The notes beneath the pieces are model-generated. The model was not told where the DNA came from. It saw only the letters and a program-made list of their open reading frames with translations, and did not search any database. This document shows, piece after piece, positions 34,629 through 42,394 of a stretch of DNA of 48,348 nt. Made by a program: the position numbers and the translations under genes. Each line of letters begins with the position of its first letter. Position 1 is the first letter of the stretch. Origin of the DNA: Candidatus Limnocylindria bacterium (GTDB lineage: Bacteria > Chloroflexota > Limnocylindria > QHBO01); NCBI GenBank assembly GCA_041495495.1, contig JBGQCU010000001.1, positions 1 to 48,348 on the forward strand. The letters are read 5' to 3'.

Positions 34629-36484
34629 GCTCGGCTCTCCTGTACGAGGTCGCGGGCGGCGGCGGCGATGTGCGCGGCGTCGATCCCGGCCAGTGCCAGC
34701 TGCTGGGCGGGGGTGGCCGATCCCGGGAGATGGCGGACCGCCAGCTTGACGATCCGCGGCCGCGAGGGATCGGTCGCGAAGACCTCCAGCACCGCGTCCC
34801 CCAGCCCGCCCTCCGGCCAGTGGTCCTCGACGGTGACGATCGCCCCGGTCTGGAGTGCGGCAACCCGGAGTGCCGTGGCGTCAATCGGCTTGACCGAGTA
34901 GCAGTCGATCACGCAGGCAGAGATCCCCTCCTCGGCGAGGAGCGCGGCGGCGGCCAGCGCCTCGTGGAGGGTGATCCCCGCACCGACCAGCGTCACCGCG
35001 TCGGCATCGGTCCGGCGCACGACGCGGCTGCCGCCGACCTCGAACCGCTCGCCGGGCGGGTAGATGACCGGCAGCTTCTCGCGCGTGGTGCGCATGAAGA
35101 TGATCCCCTTGCGGTCCACCACCTCGGCCAACAGGGACGCGGTCTGGTTGGGGTCGGACGGGTAGAGGACCGTGCTTCCGAAGACAGCGCGCAGCGAGGC
35201 AAGGTCCTCGAGCGCCATCTGCGACGGCCCGTCCTCGCCGATGCTCACCCCGGCGTGCGAGCCGGTCAGCACGATGTTGGCGCGGCTGATGGCCGCCATC
35301 CGCACGAAGTCGTAGGCGCGCGACAGGAAGGCGGCGAAGGTGGCGACGAACGGTCGCCAGCCGCGAACCTGGAGGCCGATGGCGTTGGCCACCATCTGCT
35401 GCTCGGCGATGTAGGACTGGATGAAGCGCTCCGGGTATGCGGCGGCGAATTCCTCCGAGTAGGTGGAGTTGCCGACCTCCCCGTCAAGCGCCACCACGTC
35501 GCCGCGCGCCGCGCCCAGGGCCACCAGCGCGTCGCCATAGGCCTTGCGCGTGGCCTCCTTCGTACCGACCTCGTAGGTTGGCAGCCGCAGCTCGCCACCG
35601 GCTGCGAATCGATGCGGGATGGCGGCACCGGTTGGCCTGGGCACGGCAACGGAGATGTTCCGGACGCCGCCGAGCTCGGCGATGGCCGCCTCAGGATCCG
35701 GCAGCGGCTTGCCGTGGAAGCCGTTCTTGTTGGCCACCGCGGCCACGCCGTGCCCCTTCTCGGTCCGGGCCAGGATCGCGGTCGGCCGACCCGTGGTCGC
35801 CAGTGCCTCGGCATAGGCCTGGTCGATCGCGCCGAGATCATGGCCGTCGATCTCGATGGCGTGCCATCCGAACGCCCGCGCCCGCTGCGCGTAGAGGTCG
35901 AGGTCCCAGCCGTACATCGTTTCGCCGGTCTGGCCGAGCCGATTGACATCGACGATGGCGGTCAGGTTGTCGAGCCCATGGAAGGCGGCCGCCTCGAACG
36001 CCTCCCAGATCGATCCCTCGGCCATCTCCGAGTCCCCGCACAGGCACCAGACGCGGTACGGAAGCCGATCCAGCAGCCGGCCGGCGATCGCGATTCCCAC
36101 CGAGATCGGCAGGCCCTGGCCCAGCGATCCGGTGGCGACGTCGACCCAGGGCAGGACCGGGGTCGGGTGCCCCTCGACCCGGCTCCCCGCCTTGCGGAAG
36201 GTGAGCATCTCCGCGTCGGAGATGGCTCCGGCCGCCTTGTACACGGCATACAGCAGCGGCGAGGCGTGGCCCTTGCTGAAGATGAGGTGGTCGTTGCGCG
36301 GGTCGTCTGGCGCGTCGAAGTCGTAGTGCAGGTACTTCGTCATCAGCACGGCGAGCAGGTCGGCGGCCGACATCGAGCTGGTGGGGTGACCCGAGCCGGC
36401 GGCCGAGCTGGAGCGAATCGAATCGACCCGAAGCTGCGCTGCCAGCTCGGCCCAGGAAGCGCGGTCGTTCATGTTGCGGCCCAT
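34625..36484 (-). CDS. tkt: Transketolase
   Basis: Real N-terminus M(GRNM)NDRASWAELAAQLRVDSI.... Motifs GSGHPTSSMSAADL and LCGDSEMAEGSIWEA (ThDP motif), plus C-terminal Pyr and TKC domains. The start is ATG 36484 or 36472. The upstream 149 codons of the tracked ORF overlap the zinc-ribbon gene and are a shadow. Confidence 0.85.
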   Translation of the reverse strand: MGRNMNDRASWAELAAQLRVDSIRSSSAAGSGHPTSSMSAADLLAVLMTKYLHYDFDAPDDPRNDHLIFSKGHASPLLYAVYKAAGAISDAEMLTFRKAGSRVEGHPTPVLPWVDVATGSLGQGLPISVGIAIAGRLLDRLPYRVWCLCGDSEMAEGSIWEAFEAAAFHGLDNLTAIVDVNRLGQTGETMYGWDLDLYAQRARAFGWHAIEIDGHDLGAIDQAYAEALATTGRPTAILARTEKGHGVAAVANKNGFHGKPLPDPEAAIAELGGVRNISVAVPRPTGAAIPHRFAAGGELRLPTYEVGTKEATRKAYGDALVALGAARGDVVALDGEVGNSTYSEEFAAAYPERFIQSYIAEQQMVANAIGLQVRGWRPFVATFAAFLSRAYDFVRMAAISRANIVLTGSHAGVSIGEDGPSQMALEDLASLRAVFGSTVLYPSDPNQTASLLAEVVDRKGIIFMRTTREKLPVIYPPGERFEVGGSRVVRRTDADAVTLVGAGITLHEALAAAALLAEEGISACVIDCYSVKPIDATALRVAALQTGAIVTVEDHWPEGGLGDAVLEVFATDPSRPRIVKLAVRHLPGSATPAQQLALAGIDAAHIAAAARDLVQESRA

Positions 36485-36508
36485 GATAGGGACCGATCGG
36501 CCACCGCG

Positions 36509-36550
36509 AAAAACGTGAGAGGCGGCATCCCGCGAACGGGACGCCGCCTC
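36509..36550 (-). terminator. GC-rich hairpin with UUCG tetraloop followed by a U5 tract, between the zinc-ribbon gene and tkt
   Basis: The minus-strand RNA reads GAGGCGGC-G-UCCCG-UUCG-CGGGA-U-GCCGCCUC (plus coordinates 36519-36550). That is 13 paired positions around one mismatch. UCACG-UUUUU follows (plus 36509-36513). The element sits 27 nt after the zinc-ribbon stop and about 35 nt before tkt ATG 36484. Confidence 0.5.
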
Positions 36551-36576
36551 AACGGGCTGCGATGCCGAGGTCGGGA

Positions 36577-36915
36577 TCAGCCGCGCATCAGCCGGAAGCA
36601 GTCGCTGCAGTAGACGGGGCGTGCGCCGGTCGGGCGGAACGGGACCTGGGTCTCCTTGCCGCATCGGGCGCAGACCGCGTCGAACATCTCGCGCGGGCCA
36701 CGGCTGTAGCCGCCGCCGCTGTAGCCGCCGCTGCTGGCGCCGTAGCTGCTGGCACCGCCGCCACCGCCGGTGGCGCGCCGCTGAGCCCGGCACGAGGCGC
36801 AGCGCTTGGGCGCAGAGGTGAATCCCTTCTGCGCGAAGAATTCCTGCTCGGAGGCGGAGAAGACGAAGTCGATTCCGCAATCGGCGCAGGTCAGAACCTG
36901 ATCGGTGTAGGCCAC
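36577..36915 (-). CDS. CxxC-x17-CxxC zinc-ribbon domain protein with Gly/Ser/Tyr-rich linker
   Basis: GTG start at 36915 with GGGAGG 7 nt upstream. Sequence VAYTDQVLTCADCGIDFVFSASEQEFFAQKGFTSAPKRCASCR and a second unit CARCGKETQVPFRPTGARPVYCSDCF. The linker is GGGGGASSYGASSGGYSGGGYSRG. Confidence 0.7.
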   Translation of the reverse strand: MAYTDQVLTCADCGIDFVFSASEQEFFAQKGFTSAPKRCASCRAQRRATGGGGGASSYGASSGGYSGGGYSRGPREMFDAVCARCGKETQVPFRPTGARPVYCSDCFRLMRG

Positions 36916-37138
36916 GAGGACCCTCCCACATAGAGTTGCCACATCGGGCGTCTACGCCTTTGATCAGCGCCGGCCACGGGTCTTGCCGCTACCCCGTGAG
37001 CCGACGATGGACGTGGTGGGAGGGGGAGGGAAGGCTGCAGGCGCCGCTCTCATGCGGCCCGACTGGCGCGAGTATACGCGCAGATTTCAGGCACGCAAGA
37101 GGCTGGCGATGGTCAGATCGGGCTATCCTGAACGAGCC

Positions 37139-37327
37139 ATGCGGACGGGTGCGATGGTGGTCGGCGCGGTCCTGGCCCTCGGTGGGCTGGTCTGGATCGC
37201 CCAGGGGTTGAACCTGCCATTCGCCCCGCGCAGCTTCATGACCGCCGATCGGACCTGGATTGTGCTCGGCGCCGTGGCGGTCCTGATCGGCGGCGCGACC
37301 GTCAGCTGGGCCCGCCGACGCCCCTGA
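37139..37327 (+). CDS. Small membrane protein (62 aa, 2 TM helices); hypothetical
   Basis: MRTGAMVVGAVLALGGLVWIAQG...WIVLGAVAVLIGGATVSW. A TATCCT box (37124-37129) lies 9 nt upstream of the ATG. The longer tracked ORF has a non-protein-like N-terminus. Confidence 0.35.
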   Translation: MRTGAMVVGAVLALGGLVWIAQGLNLPFAPRSFMTADRTWIVLGAVAVLIGGATVSWARRRP

Positions 37328-37340
37328 CGGACGGCTTCGG

Positions 37341-37925
37341 CTAGGCGCGCCGCGCCCCGGCAGCGACCATCTCGGCCAGCGCGCGAGCGCCATCCCCCGA
37401 AGCCAGCTCGACCGCCGCCACCGCCTCGCTCAGCACGGTCGTGTCGAAGCCGAGCCGGCAGGCGTCGAGCACCGTGCCTCGCACGCAGTAGTCGGTCGCC
37501 AGACCGCAGACCACGACGCGGGTCACGCCTCGCTCCACCAGCAGCGCATCGAGCTCGGTCGGCCGCTCATCAGCGGAGATCGGGTCACGCATGGTGAAGC
37601 CCGAGTAGCCGTCCTCGCCGTTGCTCCCCTTCCGTACCTGTGTGCCGGCGACGATCAGGTCGCGATGAAGCTCGGCTCCCCAACTGTCGGCCACGCAGTG
37701 GACCGGCCAGATGCCGCCGTCCTTGGCGAAGTGCGGGGTCGAGGCCGGATGCCAGTCCTGGGTATAGACGACCAGCGCCCCCCCGGCCACAGCTCGCTGC
37801 ACCTCGTCGTTGACGTGGCCCACGACCGCCTCGCTGCCCCGTACCGAGAGGCTTCCCGACGGGTCGGCGAAGTCGTTCTGGACGTCGACCACGATAAGGG
37901 CAGTGGTCGGGTCGTAGGCCGTCAT
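37341..37925 (-). CDS. pncA: Nicotinamidase/pyrazinamidase (isochorismatase family)
   Basis: ALIVVDVQNDFADPSGSLSV, WPVHCV, and catalytic Cys in VVCGLATDYCV. Confidence 0.8.
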   Translation of the reverse strand: MTAYDPTTALIVVDVQNDFADPSGSLSVRGSEAVVGHVNDEVQRAVAGGALVVYTQDWHPASTPHFAKDGGIWPVHCVADSWGAELHRDLIVAGTQVRKGSNGEDGYSGFTMRDPISADERPTELDALLVERGVTRVVVCGLATDYCVRGTVLDACRLGFDTTVLSEAVAAVELASGDGARALAEMVAAGARRA

Positions 37926-37948
37926 GCGGCGATCCCTGGCGGCAGCGA

Positions 37949-39592
37949 CTACTCCAGCGCGGCGATCGCGGTGGGCTCAGAGGGGTCGCCCCCCGGAGCG
38001 GACGCCGGGACAGGACCGTGATGCCGGCGCAGCGGAAGCTCCGGCAGCCCGAAGACAGTCGCTACGGTGGCGATCACGGCCGCCGCCACGCTGATCCATA
38101 GCGCGCTCCCAATGGCCAGGCTGAACGCCTCATGGACGCCGGAGACAACCATTGAGCGGAATTGCTCGGGCACGTTGGCGAGGACCTGAGCGCTCAGCCC
38201 GCCGACGCCGCTCAGGTTGCTCGCGGCGCCTGACGACGCGAACTGCCGGGTCAGGTCGGCCGGCACCCCGGCGGCTACCATCTGCCGCGGGATCTCGGTC
38301 GCCAGCGCCGACCCGAAGAGCGTGCCTGCAATCGCCAGGCCAACCGTCCCGCCGACCTGGCGGAAGAAGGTGAGCGCACCGGTCGCGGCGCCCAGCTGGG
38401 CGAACGGGGCGGCATTCTGGACCACGATCGTGAAGGCCGCCAGGGTTGGACCGATCCCCAGCCCGGCCACGACCATCCAGAGCCACATCTGCGGCAGGCT
38501 CGTATCGCCGCGCAGCTGGGTCATCAGCAACAGGCCGACCGACAGGAAGACCATCGAACCGATGATGATCCAGCGGTAGCGGCCGGTGCGGCTGATGATC
38601 TGGCCAGAGATGACGGAGCTGACGATCAGGCCGGCGAGCAGCGGCAGGATCTGGTAGCCCGACTCGGTCGCGCTCGAGCCGAGGACGACCTGGAACCAGC
38701 GCGGGACGAAGATGATGGCGCCGAAGAACCCAAAGCCCGCCAGGAAGACGGCGAGCAGGGACACGCTGATCGATCGATTGCGGAACAGGCTGAGCGGCAG
38801 GATCGGCTCGGCGGCGCGCGACTCGACCCACACGAAGAGCGCCGACAGGACCAGGCCGAGCAGGACGAGGCCGCCGACCTCCGGGCTGGTCCAATCCATG
38901 GTCTGCTTGTTGGTGAGGCCGATCAGGATCGGCACCAGCGCCGCGGTGAAGACCGCGCTGCCCAGGTAGTCGATGCTGCGTGCCCGCTCGGGGTGCTTGA
39001 TCGGCGGCAGGAGGCGCCAGATGATCACCAGCGCCACCGCGCCGATCGGCAGGTTCACGAAGAAGATCCAGTGCCAGCCCACGTTGTCGGTCAGGAAGCC
39101 GCCAAGAGCCGGCCCGATCAGGGCGCTGATCCCGAAGACCGCACCGAACAGCCCCTGGTACTTGCCGCGCTCGGCGGGCGTGAAGAGGTCACCGATGACG
39201 GCCAGCGCGATCGGGAAGATGGCGCCAGCGCCGAGGCCCTGCAGGCCGCGTGCCGCGATCAGCTGCCACGCCTCCTGCGAGAGGCCGGAGAGCGCCGAGC
39301 CGATCAGGAACAGGGTGACGCCGATCATGACCATGGGTCGTCGTCCGAACAGGTCGGAGAGCTTGCCGTAGATCGGCCCGCTGATGGTGGCGGTCAGCAG
39401 GTAGACGGTCACGACCCAGGTGTAGTAGTTGTTGCCGTGCAGCTGGGTCATGATCGTCGGCAGCGCTGTGCCAACGATCGTCTGGTCGAGGGCCGACAGG
39501 AACATGGCCAGCAGGATCGCGATCAGGATCTCGGTCCTTGCCCGGGCGTCGACGTGCACCGGGGCATCCATCGGCTGGGGTAGAGAGGTCAC
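37949..39592 (-). CDS. MFS drug:H+ antiporter, DHA2 (EmrB/QacA, 14-TMS) family
   Basis: 547 aa. Motifs LDQTIVGTALPTI and GKLSDLFGRRP, with 14 hydrophobic segments. The GTG start overlaps the marR stop (GTGA). Confidence 0.8.
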   Translation of the reverse strand: MTSLPQPMDAPVHVDARARTEILIAILLAMFLSALDQTIVGTALPTIMTQLHGNNYYTWVVTVYLLTATISGPIYGKLSDLFGRRPMVMIGVTLFLIGSALSGLSQEAWQLIAARGLQGLGAGAIFPIALAVIGDLFTPAERGKYQGLFGAVFGISALIGPALGGFLTDNVGWHWIFFVNLPIGAVALVIIWRLLPPIKHPERARSIDYLGSAVFTAALVPILIGLTNKQTMDWTSPEVGGLVLLGLVLSALFVWVESRAAEPILPLSLFRNRSISVSLLAVFLAGFGFFGAIIFVPRWFQVVLGSSATESGYQILPLLAGLIVSSVISGQIISRTGRYRWIIIGSMVFLSVGLLLMTQLRGDTSLPQMWLWMVVAGLGIGPTLAAFTIVVQNAAPFAQLGAATGALTFFRQVGGTVGLAIAGTLFGSALATEIPRQMVAAGVPADLTRQFASSGAASNLSGVGGLSAQVLANVPEQFRSMVVSGVHEAFSLAIGSALWISVAAAVIATVATVFGLPELPLRRHHGPVPASAPGGDPSEPTAIAALE

Positions 39593-40068
39593 GCACGGTC
39601 TCCTTCGGAGTGCACGCGGTTGAACGCCGCGCGAAGTGCTCGGACCGACGCCAGGAGCTGCTCACGCTCCGCGTCGGAAAGGTGTGCCACGGCGGTCGCC
39701 ATGCGCTGCCGACGGCCGAGCTGCAGCTGACGAATCTCAGCCAGGCCCTGCTCGGCCAGGCGCAGGGTGACCACGCGCCGATCCTCGGCCTCGTGCTGCC
39801 GCTCCACCAACCCCCGCTCCTCCATGCGCGAGACGATCCCGGTCGCGGTGGGCAGGCCACAGCCGAGCAGCTCCGCCACGCGGCTCATCGGCAACGGCCC
39901 GTGCGTCTCGAGCAGGGTCATCAGGTGCAGGTGGGTCATGCTGATCGAGCGCTCGTGGCAGCGATGAGCGAAATCGGCTCGCTCACCGGCGATGATCGGG
40001 GCGAGCTCGTCGATCAGCTCTGCGGCGACAGTTCTCGTCTCGTGAATGATTCGTGTCACGCGAACCAT
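39589..40068 (-). CDS. MarR family transcriptional regulator
   Basis: Winged-HTH region LHLMTLLETHGPLPMSRVAELLGCGLPTATGIVSRMEERGLVERQH...DRRVV. The true start may be GTG 40059 (see promoter feature). Confidence 0.8.
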   Translation of the reverse strand: MVRVTRIIHETRTVAAELIDELAPIIAGERADFAHRCHERSISMTHLHLMTLLETHGPLPMSRVAELLGCGLPTATGIVSRMEERGLVERQHEAEDRRVVTLRLAEQGLAEIRQLQLGRRQRMATAVAHLSDAEREQLLASVRALRAAFNRVHSEGDRA

Positions 40069-40094
40069 TATGCAGATGCGAAGTTGATTGGCAA
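40067..40094 (-). promoter_or_regulatory. Near-consensus sigma-70-type promoter TTGCCA-N16-CATAAT for the marR-MFS-pncA unit
   Basis: The minus strand reads TTGCCAATCAACTTCGCATCTGCATAATG. The -35 is at plus coordinates 40089-40094 and the -10 at 40067-40072. The -10 overlaps the first two bases of the longest-ORF ATG. The predicted TSS (~40059-40061) therefore coincides with in-frame GTG 40059, implying a leaderless mRNA. Confidence 0.45.
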
Positions 40095-40104
40095 GCGCCG
40101 CCGC

Positions 40105-40614
40105 TCAGTAGACCCGGGGCACGAATCGCCTGGTGCGCCGCTGGTAGGCGGCATACGTTGCGTACTGCTCGCTGAGCCACACCTCCTCGCGGCGTGACTT
40201 CAGATCGAGGTAGATCGCCAGCGCAACCGCCACCGCAGCGGCCGGCAGGCTACGGGTGAGCGCGCTCCAGCCGACGGCCGCCAGGATCAGGCCGGCGTAG
40301 ATCGGGTGGCGGATGGCGGCGTAGATCCCGGTCTCCACGTGCAGGGCATCGTCTCGCGGCCGCGGCATCGGCGTCAGGTTGGTGCCGAGACCCCGAAAGC
40401 CAGCCGCCACGACCAGGCCCGCCACCGCCAGTGCCGCTGCTCCCGCCACGACCGGCACCCATTCCAGGGCGGTACCCGGCAGCAGATGAGCGAGACGGGG
40501 CATGCCCGCCACGACGAGCAGGCCGAGGAGCAGGAATTGTCCGACGACCCAGCCTTCGCCATGTGGACCGAGATCCGGCAGCCGAGACCGGCCTGCGTCC
40601 GGCGCCACGCCCAT
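40105..40614 (-). CDS. ICMT/PEMT-superfamily membrane methyltransferase
   Basis: ATG 40614 lies 1 nt after the stop of the upstream gene. 169 aa with 4-5 TM helices and the C-terminal signature TGIYAAIRHPIYAGLIL...E...L...Y..Y... Confidence 0.65.
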   Translation of the reverse strand: MGVAPDAGRSRLPDLGPHGEGWVVGQFLLLGLLVVAGMPRLAHLLPGTALEWVPVVAGAAALAVAGLVVAAGFRGLGTNLTPMPRPRDDALHVETGIYAAIRHPIYAGLILAAVGWSALTRSLPAAAVAVALAIYLDLKSRREEVWLSEQYATYAAYQRRTRRFVPRVY

Positions 40615-40615
40615 C

Positions 40616-42289
40616 TCAGCCGGTGAAGATGCGGCGGATCCGGCGATACGCCGACGCGGCGGGACCACGGCGGCGACGGAGCCAATTCGGATCCGACACC
40701 GGGCCGCGTTGCGGGACCGGCGACTGGCGGGCCGCCGTCGGAGCGGGTTCTGCTTCGAATGCCCAGTCGTCGTGGCCACCGGTCTCCGGGCTGTGGGTAG
40801 CCGGCTTGGTCCACTGGCGCGGAGATGCCGCGTGCGGATCCGACCCGATCGGCACCGCCTGGAGCGCGGCCATCGCCTCATCCAGCTCGGCTGCCCCGGG
40901 CAGCTGTACGGCTCGCGGCGCAGGCCGCGAGATCATGGCGCGGATCGCGGCCACTTCCGCGTCGTCCCATCCCTCGTCGCGCGCCAGCTGAGCGAGCTCC
41001 TGCTCCGTCATGGCCAGTGGCGGCGCCATGGCCTCGGCGACGGGAGCGGCGACGTCAGACGCCGGCCAGGCGGCAGTCTCCAGCGGATCCCACACACTCG
41101 GAGCTGGAGTCGTCTCGGCGTGTCGCGCCGCCGGGGCAATCTCCATCTCCGACGCCGCGTCGCCCGCGGCACCGGGCCACATGAATGCTCCCGCGCCAGC
41201 GCCGCTCACCTCGATCGGCTCGAGCGATTCGGCGGCGCGCGCCGGCTCCGCCTCCGGTTCCGGCTCGCGCATCGGTTCCGCGGCCGCTTCGGGCTCCTCG
41301 AGGAACGCGGGCTGCGACGGTGCCTCGGCGATCGGCTCGGCCTCGACCTGGGGCTCTGCTTCGGGTTCGGGCTCGACTTCGGCAGGAGCGGGGGCAAGGG
41401 CGGCGACCGTCGCGGTTGCGCCACGAGCCTCCATGTCGGCGGCGTCGAGCCACGAGAAGTCGCCATCGGCGAACCAATCCGGCTCGACCACGGCGGCGCT
41501 GTAGGTCGGCTGGGCCGCATCGGCCTCGGCGGGCTCGGCCACCTCTGCGGCCTCGACCGGCGCGACCTGTTCGGCGTGCGCGACCTGTTCGGTCGGGCCG
41601 ACCTCGAGCGCCACGACTGCCTCGGCCACCGTCTCGACCTCTTGCGACCCATCCCCCTGCGCTGGCTCGGTCGCGACCTCCCTGGAGGCGCGGGCATCGC
41701 CGACGTCCGCCACGTTCGGATCCTGGGCACGCGCCAGCGCGTCGGCGAAGCCAGCGACAGCAGAACGGGTCGATCGCGGCTTGCGCGGCCGCGGGGTGCG
41801 CAGGACCGGGGCAGGCGTCGGCATGACCGGCTCGACCCTGGCGGGCGCCGGCGGCTCCGGGGCAGCAGGTGCGCTGCCTGTCGGCGCCTCCCAGGCGATC
41901 GGTGCGGTGTCGAGGGCGCTCGGCAACCGCAGGTCGAGCCGCGCCTCCAGCAGCTCCACCCGGGAACGCAGGCCGGCCACCTCGCCCCGTGCCTCGCCGA
42001 GCGCCAGCAGGGCCTGCCCGTAGCGCTCGGTCAGGTTGCGGAATTCGGTCAGCAGCTCGCGAAACGCGCTCGCCTCGCCGGAGCCGTGCGAGCCGCCATT
42101 ACCGTTGCTTCGTGGCAACACCTCTTGGGGAGGAGGGGCTCCCATCGGTGCCGGTTCGCCCTTCAGATAGACGCGCATGGAGTCGCCCTCGGGGGTGCCA
42201 GACAGGACACCTCTGGCAAGAAGCTCCCAGACGCGCCCTTCAGGGACCCCGAGGACTGACGCGGCATCCTGCACCGAATAGCCGTCCAT
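40616..42289 (-). CDS. HTH (excisionase/MerR-like) + coiled-coil + long acidic Pro/Glu/Ala-rich disordered region + basic C-terminal tail protein
   Basis: Only the last 557 codons of the tracked 1139-aa ORF are credible, because the upstream part is antisense to glgP. N-terminus MDGYSVQDAASVLGVPEGRVWELLARGVL. Coiled-coil segment FRELLTEFRNLTERYGQALLALGEARGEVAGLRSRVELLEARL. About 300 aa of EPEPEAEP-type low complexity. Tail NWLRRRRGPAASAYRRIRRIFTG. The start is ATG 42289 or the adjacent GTG 42292. Confidence 0.6.
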   Translation of the reverse strand: MDGYSVQDAASVLGVPEGRVWELLARGVLSGTPEGDSMRVYLKGEPAPMGAPPPQEVLPRSNGNGGSHGSGEASAFRELLTEFRNLTERYGQALLALGEARGEVAGLRSRVELLEARLDLRLPSALDTAPIAWEAPTGSAPAAPEPPAPARVEPVMPTPAPVLRTPRPRKPRSTRSAVAGFADALARAQDPNVADVGDARASREVATEPAQGDGSQEVETVAEAVVALEVGPTEQVAHAEQVAPVEAAEVAEPAEADAAQPTYSAAVVEPDWFADGDFSWLDAADMEARGATATVAALAPAPAEVEPEPEAEPQVEAEPIAEAPSQPAFLEEPEAAAEPMREPEPEAEPARAAESLEPIEVSGAGAGAFMWPGAAGDAASEMEIAPAARHAETTPAPSVWDPLETAAWPASDVAAPVAEAMAPPLAMTEQELAQLARDEGWDDAEVAAIRAMISRPAPRAVQLPGAAELDEAMAALQAVPIGSDPHAASPRQWTKPATHSPETGGHDDWAFEAEPAPTAARQSPVPQRGPVSDPNWLRRRRGPAASAYRRIRRIFTG

Positions 42290-42379
42290 CACGGGTCCGA
42301 TAGCGTACCCCCTTCCGCCCACCCGGGCGATACCCAATCGCCGCGCGCCGCCGACGCCAGCGGCCCTTGCGCCCGCCGC

Positions 42380-42385
42380 TATGAT
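42380..42385 (+). promoter_or_regulatory. Candidate -10 box (TATGAT) 9 nt upstream of the glgP ATG
   Basis: TATGAT fits TANNNT. There is no SD between it and ATG 42395. No good -35 is seen. Confidence 0.35.
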
Positions 42386-42394
42386 CGGCGCCGC

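Noticed and set aside
31348-36613. Long plus-strand ORFs (720 aa at 31348-33510; 647 aa at 34670-36613) and similar ones at 4708-6105, 5808-6803, 6905-8704, 13112-14158, 21736-23406, 27561-29306, 29309-30634, 45915-47138 and 47225-48265
   Set aside because: All are antisense to genes with strong catalytic motifs and have Arg/Pro/Gly/His-dominated composition. They are artefacts of high third-position GC.
37015-37034. G-rich tract GGTGGGAGGGGGAGGGAAGG as a G-quadruplex motif
   Set aside because: There are only three runs of three or more G, and the fourth would be a GG. In a ~70% GC genome such tracts occur by chance, and there is no positional argument for function.
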